In this document: positions 8,438 through 14,166 of the stretch, in pieces
Layout of the letters: each line of letters opens with the position of its first letter
Numbering within the stretch: the first letter of the stretch is position 1
DNA from: Candidatus Eiseniibacteriota bacterium
Lineage (GTDB): Bacteria > Eisenbacteria > RBG-16-71-46 > CAZEPH01
Assembly: GCA_044229145.1 (NCBI GenBank)
Contig: JBGATO010000041.1
Location: 1 to 33,752, forward strand
Length of the DNA: 33,752 nt
Direction of reading: 5' to 3'
Notes under the pieces: model-generated
The model's input: only the letters and a program-made list of their open reading frames with translations
Told to the model about the DNA's origin: nothing
Database searches by the model: none
Position numbers and translations under genes: made by a program

Positions 8438-8787
8438 GGAGTGACGCCCGGCCGTCTGGTGTGATGCGACCAAGTCGTTCCGTGCCGACCGTTGGGAACG
8501 GCCCTCGCCGATGCCGGGGAGGGACGCGTCGGTGCGTCACTCCACTAAGTCACGCACTCCCTCGCGTCCGAAACTTGCTGCCGGGCCGCCGTTTCACCGT
8601 CGCTTCGAATGGCGGACGGCAGGCGGAGCGGGGAGCGCCGGTCACGCGGGCTCTTGGGCCTGGCGGCGCCGGCACGCACCGCATGGCGACGGCAGCGCCG
8701 TGGGTGCGATAGGAGGTCGCGCCTATTTCCGTGGGGTGCACTCCGCAGGGGACGCGGCGCGGGGCTCAGGCCTCGTGCCGCTCCTTT
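8438..8787 (+). ncRNA. Candidate ~350-nt structured non-coding RNA of unknown family
   Basis: No credible ORF. Stems found by eye: 8438-8457/8522-8543 (about 20 bp, 2 bulges), 8474-8481/8495-8502, 8577-8587/8657-8667, 8588-8594/8614-8620, 8631-8636/8650-8655, 8676-8688/8696-8707, 8562-8569/8750-8757 and 8754-8765/8770-8781. Non-canonical pairs are G-U on the + strand. Confidence 0.5.
8748..8787 (+). terminator. Terminator-like hairpin
   Basis: GCGGCGCGGGGC-TCAG-GCCTCGTGCCGC followed by TCCTTTGT; abuts the stop codon of the convergent CHAT gene. Confidence 0.55.
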
Positions 8788-8790
8788 GTG

Positions 8791-10161
8791 CTACAACCCG
8801 CGGATCGACACCGTGAACGGACCGACGGGAACCGCGTCACCTCCGCGCACTTCCAGCGAGGTGAGGGTGTCGCCTGCATGTACGTACAACATGAGCCGAT
8901 TGCGGCGCACCACGATCTCGGCGAAAGCGTGCGGCACGGCGCCGGCGACATCGGGCGGCAGTTGCGCGTAATGCGCCGGCGTGACCACCGACACGGTCGA
9001 CGAGGTGATCGCCAGGAAGTCCTCGACGTGCGGCGCCGCGCTCACCCGCACGAAACCGCGGGGAGGAATGGGCCGCTTCTCCGGAACCGCCTCGTCCTGC
9101 GGCTGGGGGAACAGCGTGTCCTCCGCCGAGCGCAGGTAGAGGACGGGCGTCGCCCACTCGAGGCCGTGCACCTGCTCCACCTTCACGGCGATCCGCGCGT
9201 TCGCGAGCGCGGCTTCGGGGTGGCGCCCCGCCGCGAGACTCTTGTGGAACTCGCCGGCGAGCGTGTCGGCGGCCTGTTCGGTGATCGGGTGCTGCATGGC
9301 CACCACCGCCGGCACGCCCTGTTGCACCGCGCGCTGCGCGACGCCGGCGTAGGGATCGTCCTGGATGGCGGATTGCGCGCCGTCGCACGCGCTCAGGAAC
9401 ACCAAGCGCAACGAGGGCAGCGCGCAATCGAGCACGGTGGCGAAGGTCTGGGCGTCGACGTGATGCGGTGCGCCGTCGTCGGTCTCGAACACGAGGGCGC
9501 CCTGCGGGTAGACGCGGTTCACCTCACCGTGCCCCGCGAAGTGGAGCACGTGGCACACGCCGCCGCTCAGGAACTCGCGCAACGCGGCGAGCGTCGGTGC
9601 GATGCGGAACACTCGCACGCGCGCCGGGCCGAATTCCTCGAACGCCCCGCGCACGCATTCCCATTGACCGTCGGCGTCCGCGAGCGCGCGGCCGCGCGGG
9701 CTGGCGATCACCACACCGACCACGAGCGGCCCGTCCACCGCGGCGAGCGGTGCATCGCGCACCGAGGAGATCTCGCGCACGATCGGCGTCCGCGGATGCA
9801 GCGCCAAGAACGTGTCTCGCTCCGGGTCGAACAGCAGCTCCCACACCTCACCGGCGAGCGCCGGCGCCTGCGTGAGGTCGAACGCCAGACGCACACCCTG
9901 GCCCGCCACGCCGGCATACAACCGGCGGACCTCGTCGCGCATCACCGCGGCGAACAGTCGCGCCCCGTACGCGGCCGCCGCGGCGACGTCGGCATGGTTC
10001 TTCCGCGCGAAGAGATGCACGGGCGCATTGGCGGAGTCGAGGTCGGCGCGGGTCAGCCACGTGTGCGCCGTCGACGTGCCGGTGCTTGCATCGACGCGGT
10101 AGCGCTCGGGACCGTCGGCAGCGAAAGCGAGGCGCAGGGTGTGGCGGTAGAGCGGCTGCAT
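8791..10161 (-). CDS. CHAT-domain (caspase-like, clan CD) protease with a C-terminal FHA-like beta domain
   Basis: Catalytic His motif HVLHFAGHG, catalytic Cys motif LVFLSAC, plus (P/V)WELL, GVPAVVAMQ..I, 'A..AL..AR' and 'WATPVLY'. No TPR region is visible. Confidence 0.92.
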   Translation of the reverse strand: MQPLYRHTLRLAFAADGPERYRVDASTGTSTAHTWLTRADLDSANAPVHLFARKNHADVAAAAAYGARLFAAVMRDEVRRLYAGVAGQGVRLAFDLTQAPALAGEVWELLFDPERDTFLALHPRTPIVREISSVRDAPLAAVDGPLVVGVVIASPRGRALADADGQWECVRGAFEEFGPARVRVFRIAPTLAALREFLSGGVCHVLHFAGHGEVNRVYPQGALVFETDDGAPHHVDAQTFATVLDCALPSLRLVFLSACDGAQSAIQDDPYAGVAQRAVQQGVPAVVAMQHPITEQAADTLAGEFHKSLAAGRHPEAALANARIAVKVEQVHGLEWATPVLYLRSAEDTLFPQPQDEAVPEKRPIPPRGFVRVSAAPHVEDFLAITSSTVSVVTPAHYAQLPPDVAGAVPHAFAEIVVRRNRLMLYVHAGDTLTSLEVRGGDAVPVGPFTVSIRGL

Positions 10162-10203
10162 CGATCTCCCGTCCGGGGCTGTCGGTGCGCGGACGGGGAT
10201 CGA
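10161..10203 (-). promoter_or_regulatory. Hairpin sequestering the RBS and start of the CHAT gene
   Basis: On the minus-strand mRNA, UCGAUCCCCGUCCG pairs with CGGACGGG(A)GAUCGA, which contains the GGGAG Shine-Dalgarno and the A of AUG (14 bp, one bulge). Confidence 0.6.
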
Positions 10204-10226
10204 CGCGGTGACGCGAGGAGGTGCGG

Positions 10227-11045
10227 CTAGGGCGTCAACTCGATCTCGAACGCTCCTTGGAACTCCTCGAGCGGCATGGTCAGCGCTCCACGTCGGGAGG
10301 AGGCGATGACCTGCGAGGCGGCGGCTGTGGAACCGCTCGCCGGGCGACGCACGGCGCGAAGTGAGTGTGCAGGAGAACCGTCCGCGAATACTGCGTCGTC
10401 CAGTGTCACCGCGGCGCGCGTGACGTCAAGCCGAATTCGTATCGACTCGCCGGTTCGCAGCTCCCAGCGTACGCCATGTGGTTGCTCGAGGGCCGCGAGC
10501 GCACGTTCCGCCAAACCGCGCGGGCCGAGCCGGAACGGCATCACGCGCGGCGTCGCCGGTGCTTCTGCGTCCCCCATCGTCGGTGCGGGAAGGATCTGGG
10601 GCGTCACGCCCGCTGCGAGGAGAGCGTCGACGAACGCCGCAGCGATTCCGCGCAGCGACTCCGCTTCGACGCGCACCGGCAGCACCACGCCGGACGCGGG
10701 CGCTTCCACGCGCACGGGTGACTCCGCCTCCTGGAGTGCGGTATGCCGCTGGCGACAATCAGGACATGTGTCGAGGTGGAGGTCGATCATCTCGATCGCC
10801 AGTGCGCTCAGAGAGCCGCGATCGCGCACCGCCGCTTCGAGAAGCGTCGCGGGCACGTGCAGCCGTTGCGGATCGCCAGGATCGTGCACACCCTGCTCCG
10901 CGAACGCATCGAGGAACGCCTGACATGCGCAGCAGCCGCCCTCGAGATGGCGCGCGACAGCGAACCGTACCTGCGATGTGGCACGGCCGAGCGCGACCGC
11001 CGCCAATGCGGAGTCGTCGGGATGGGCGCGGAAAGACTCTGTCAT
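10227..11045 (-). CDS. Putative soluble anti-sigma factor with two zf-HC2-like zinc fingers
   Basis: Start overlaps the sigma stop (ATGA). Two ZAS-like motifs: 'HPDDSAL...VARHLEGGCCACQ' and 'HVPATLL...IDLHLDTCPDCRQ'. No transmembrane segment seen; beta-rich C-terminus. Confidence 0.75.
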   Translation of the reverse strand: MTESFRAHPDDSALAAVALGRATSQVRFAVARHLEGGCCACQAFLDAFAEQGVHDPGDPQRLHVPATLLEAAVRDRGSLSALAIEMIDLHLDTCPDCRQRHTALQEAESPVRVEAPASGVVLPVRVEAESLRGIAAAFVDALLAAGVTPQILPAPTMGDAEAPATPRVMPFRLGPRGLAERALAALEQPHGVRWELRTGESIRIRLDVTRAAVTLDDAVFADGSPAHSLRAVRRPASGSTAAASQVIASSRRGALTMPLEEFQGAFEIELTP

Positions 11046-11758
11046 GACTCCTCGTCCTCCGAGGGGCGCTCGCGCTCGAGATACGCGAAGTACACGCGCA
11101 ACACGGGATCCGATGCGACGGCGGGCATCAGGACATCCTCGCGGAAGCGATGCCACCGCTGCCGCAACGCGACCGCGGTCAGCGGCGGAAACAACTCGGC
11201 CACCTTGTCCCAGGGAAGCCTGTCGTACTCACGGGCGGCGTGGAGCGCCGCCATGGCGGGTTCGACGTCCGGATGCTGCATGGCGTGGCGCGCCAAGATG
11301 CCATCCACGAGGAAGGTCACGCGGGCCATGATGTCCGCCGCCTCGCGCGCCTGCGCGGTGGCGATGCTCTCCGTGTCGAGTTCACCACCATCGACGGGAA
11401 CTGCTGGTGCGCCGGCACGTGCGTTGAAGTAGTTCGCGCGCACCCGCCGGCCGATCACCGTGCACACCGCCGCCCAGTTGCGAATCTCGGGCTCGCGCTG
11501 CACGAAGCGCACGAACCGATGCATCGACTCGGAGACGCAGTCCTGCTGGTCCTCGACCGCGATTCCGCGCATGGAGAGGCCGAACCAGTCGACGAAGAAC
11601 CGCCGTGCTTCCTCCCAGTCCACGCCGGAACCGGATTCGAATGCCACCATGCGACGAACATCCCTCGGCCGCGACGACCGGCGCGCGGGCGAGCGCGCGA
11701 CGATCGGCATGACGACGGAGCCGGTGACGACCGGACGAGGCCGGAGCATCGCGTTCAT
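11042..11758 (-). CDS. Divergent ECF-type sigma-70 factor (alternative start 11650)
   Basis: Region 2-like 'EDQQDCVSESMHRFVR...IRNWAAVCTVIGRRVRANYF' and region 4-like HTH 'LPWDKVAELFPPLTAVALRQRWHRFRE'; directly upstream of a zinc-finger anti-sigma. Confidence 0.72.
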   Translation of the reverse strand: MNAMLRPRPVVTGSVVMPIVARSPARRSSRPRDVRRMVAFESGSGVDWEEARRFFVDWFGLSMRGIAVEDQQDCVSESMHRFVRFVQREPEIRNWAAVCTVIGRRVRANYFNARAGAPAVPVDGGELDTESIATAQAREAADIMARVTFLVDGILARHAMQHPDVEPAMAALHAAREYDRLPWDKVAELFPPLTAVALRQRWHRFREDVLMPAVASDPVLRVYFAYLERERPSEDEES

Positions 11759-11764
11759 GCCCCC

Positions 11765-11792
11765 TCCGTCCGGCCGCGGCTCTCCCTGTGAC
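11765..11792 (-). promoter_or_regulatory. Putative ECF autoregulatory promoter GTCACA-N15-GGAC (copy 2)
   Basis: Minus strand GTCACA (11792-11787), 15 nt, then GGAC (11771-11768). The same offset as copy 1 places +1 on the A of ATG 11758. Confidence 0.55.
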
Positions 11793-11810
11793 GAAGCGGG
11801 CGACGGTTTG

Positions 11811-11824
11811 TGGAATCGTTTCCA
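11811..11824. promoter_or_regulatory. Secondary LacI-type operator TGGAATCGTTTCCA
   Basis: Near-palindrome matching TGnAAnCGnTTnCA; 12 of 14 positions are self-complementary. Confidence 0.55.
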
Positions 11825-11925
11825 TCGCCCCTAGCTCACCCGTAAATGCTTAACTCAAATCGACTAAACGTGTTAGGGCAAAATCGCGGGCCTGCGGCGG
11901 GATACTACCGAAGTCCCGCCCGGAT

Positions 11926-11941
11926 TTGACAGCGCTTGACA
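11926..11941 (+). promoter_or_regulatory. Tandem consensus -35 hexamers (TTGACA twice)
   Basis: TTGACA at 11926-11931 and 11936-11941 (TTGACAGCG repeated), upstream of the operator and the LacI-family gene. Confidence 0.6.
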
Positions 11942-11955
11942 GCGAGTTTGTACGG

Positions 11956-11971
11956 CTGTAAACGTTTACAG
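11956..11971. promoter_or_regulatory. Primary LacI-family operator CTGTAAACGTTTACAG
   Basis: Perfect 16-bp palindrome with central CG and AAACGTTT core, lying over the expected -10 region, about 90 bp upstream of a LacI-family gene. Confidence 0.85.
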
Positions 11972-12060
11972 AACGATCCCGGAACGGCCGCCTGCCCGTC
12001 CATCGCGGCTCGTCCCACGCTTCGCACTCCACGCAGTTCCCAGGGGGCCACGCACCTCCC

Positions 12061-13140
12061 ATGGCGACCATCAAGGATGTCGCACGCGAAGCCGGCGTCT
12101 CCGTCGCGACCGTCTCCCGCGTCTTCAACGACAGCGGCCAGGTCAGCGAGGATACCCGCCGCCACGTCCGTGAAGTAGCCGGCCGGCTGAACTACTGGCC
12201 GAACGGGGTCGCGCGCAGCCTGATCACCAACCGCACACACAGCCTCGGCGTCCTGCTGCCGGACATGCACGGCGAGTTCTTCTCCGAAGTCATCCGCGGC
12301 ATCGACCTCACCGCCCGCAATCAGAACCTCCACCTGTTGGTGTCGAGTTCGCACTCCGAGATCGACGCGCTCATCGCGGCGCTGCTCAGTCTGCGTGGCC
12401 GCATCGACGGGCTCATCGTGATGGCGCCCGACGTCGACGCGCCGCCCGCCATCCGCGCCTGCATCGGCGAGTTGCCGGTGGTGATGCTCAACCCCGGCCT
12501 CGACCTCGAGGACTGCGACAGCGTCAGCATCGCCAACTACGACGGCGCCTACCAGATGGTGAAGCACTTGCTCGGGCTCGGACACCGGCGTATCGCCATC
12601 GTCAAGGGACCGGAGCGCAACATCGACGCGCGCCAGCGGCTCTATGGCTACCGGCGCGCGCTGGCCGACGGCGGCGGCGAAATGCTGCCGGCGCTCGAGG
12701 TGCGCGGCGACTTCCGCGAGGCCAGCGGTTCGGATGCCGTCGCCGAGATCCTGCGCCTCTCGCCGCGTCCCACCGCCGTGTTCGCGGCGAACGACTACAT
12801 GGCGGTCGGGCTGATCAGCGCGCTGCGCGAAGCGGGGCTGCGCGTTCCCGACGACATGGCGGTCGCCGGGTTCGACGACATTCCGATCGCGCGCTTCGTC
12901 GTCCCCTCGCTGACGACGGTGCGCGTGGACGCCTTCGCCCTCGGTCAGCGTGCGGTGGAGATGCTGCTGCCGCGCACGCAATCCAAGAAACCCGCGGACC
13001 CCGCGCACGACGTGCTGCCGACGACGCTCGTGCTGCGCGCCTCGACCGGTCCGCGAAACGACGTGGCGCTCGGGCAGGTTCACGTGGCCTGCCAGGCGCC
13101 GCATGCCGCACCCCAAGCACCAGAGGCGGAGCCGTCGTAG
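12061..13140 (+). CDS. LacI-family transcriptional regulator
   Basis: 'MATIKDVAREAGVSVATVSRVFN' HTH, hinge 'ARSL', sugar-binding domain motifs 'PTAVFAANDYMAVG', 'VPDDMAVAGFDD' and 'PSLTTV'. Confidence 0.97.
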   Translation: MATIKDVAREAGVSVATVSRVFNDSGQVSEDTRRHVREVAGRLNYWPNGVARSLITNRTHSLGVLLPDMHGEFFSEVIRGIDLTARNQNLHLLVSSSHSEIDALIAALLSLRGRIDGLIVMAPDVDAPPAIRACIGELPVVMLNPGLDLEDCDSVSIANYDGAYQMVKHLLGLGHRRIAIVKGPERNIDARQRLYGYRRALADGGGEMLPALEVRGDFREASGSDAVAEILRLSPRPTAVFAANDYMAVGLISALREAGLRVPDDMAVAGFDDIPIARFVVPSLTTVRVDAFALGQRAVEMLLPRTQSKKPADPAHDVLPTTLVLRASTGPRNDVALGQVHVACQAPHAAPQAPEAEPS

Positions 13141-13209
13141 GCGGCGCTGTCTGATTCGAGATCCCAAGCACCTCGTCCATCAACCCTCGGTATGGAGGAT
13201 CACCTCACC

Positions 13210-14007
13210 ATGAAGCGCACACTTGCTATCGGTGCGACCTTGGCAGCGCTGGCCATCGCGGCCGTCGCCTCTGCCGCTACCCCGAACGTCAACGGCGCGG
13301 TCGTCAAGACGCGCGTGTGGAACGACTGTCCGTCCTCGACCGTGACCCCGACGAACAACTATCCGGCGTCGATCGTGATTACGGACCAGGACGTCAACTG
13401 CTTCGGCTTCGCCAACCTGCACAACTGGCACTTCAGTGCGGACGGCGGCGCCACTGAGGCAGTGTTCGACAACAACTCGATGTTCCGCTTCGGCTTCGAC
13501 CTCGTCGAGTCCGGCGGCGGCAACGGCGAAGTGTCGTTGCAGGTCGCCCCGTGGTGGGGCAAGGACTCGGACGGTCTGTTCAACGTCCGCTCGACCGACG
13601 GCGAAATCGCCTGCTTCGGCGGCCGTCTGCCGTTCTTCTCGTTCACGTCGGCGTTCGGCCTGCACTACGTGAAGGGCGACATGATCCACCTCGAGGTGAC
13701 CTACCTGCCGAACGGCTTGTCGAGCGTCAGCCCGGCCACCATCGAGTACAAGCTCGTGTACAACAGCAACGCCTACACCTCCGGCCCGCTCGCCTTCGAC
13801 ATGGCGAACCCGAGCGAGGACCCGCCGTACGGTCTGTGGGGCATGCTGAACGACGCGCGCTGTGGTTCGGCGATGAAGGCGTTCCTCACGCAGGGCGGCG
13901 AGCCGAGCGACTTCACCGCGACGTGGTCGAACATCTTCTTCGACCCGCTGGCGGTGCCGGTCCAGGCGACGACCTGGGGCCACGTGAAGGCCATCTACAA
14001 CAAGTAA
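13210..14007 (+). CDS. Secreted beta-rich hypothetical protein with C-terminal TTWGxxKxxY motif
   Basis: GGAGGA RBS; signal peptide MKRTLAIGATLAALAIAAVASA; strong coding-like codon bias; ends VPVQATTWGHVKAIYNK. Confidence 0.8.
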   Translation: MKRTLAIGATLAALAIAAVASAATPNVNGAVVKTRVWNDCPSSTVTPTNNYPASIVITDQDVNCFGFANLHNWHFSADGGATEAVFDNNSMFRFGFDLVESGGGNGEVSLQVAPWWGKDSDGLFNVRSTDGEIACFGGRLPFFSFTSAFGLHYVKGDMIHLEVTYLPNGLSSVSPATIEYKLVYNSNAYTSGPLAFDMANPSEDPPYGLWGMLNDARCGSAMKAFLTQGGEPSDFTATWSNIFFDPLAVPVQATTWGHVKAIYNK

Positions 14008-14020
14008 GCACCACGGCGGC

Positions 14021-14051
14021 TGGCTCGGCCGGGACGATCCCGGCCGGGCCA
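14021..14051 (+). other. Intergenic stem-loop (mRNA stability or attenuation element)
   Basis: TGGCTCGGCCGGGA-CGA-TCCCGGCCGGGCCA, 14-bp stem, no U-tract. Confidence 0.6.
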
Positions 14052-14166
14052 GTGGCGCGACAGGCCTGGGTCCCGCGCGAGGCGGACCCGACGATCGGCG
14101 GCGGATGCAGCACGAGGCGCGATCCGGCGCACGGCACTCACGACAGAGAAGACGGAGCAACCGATC

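Noticed and set aside
8438..8547. tRNA-like appearance (GGAGTGA...TCACTCC-A-CTA, multi-arm fold)
   Set aside because: No T-loop GTTCRA, no D-loop or anticodon arm of correct geometry, and the closing helix is far longer than an acceptor stem.
8359..8816. ORFs 8359-8712, 8511-8816 and 8550-8741 in the intergenic region
   Set aside because: Arg/Pro/Gly-rich translations, no third-position GC bias like the real genes, no convincing RBS and no motif.
8791..11758. Type III-E CRISPR (Craspase) accessory locus
   Set aside because: No Cas7-11 or other cas genes and no array in the window, and the CHAT protein lacks the TPR region of Csx29. Only the regulatory logic is analogous.
11956..11971. CTGT-N8-ACAG matches the proteobacterial LexA (SOS) box
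   Set aside because: The full palindrome with AAACGTTT core is a classic LacI-family operator directly upstream of a LacI gene, and the organism does not look proteobacterial.
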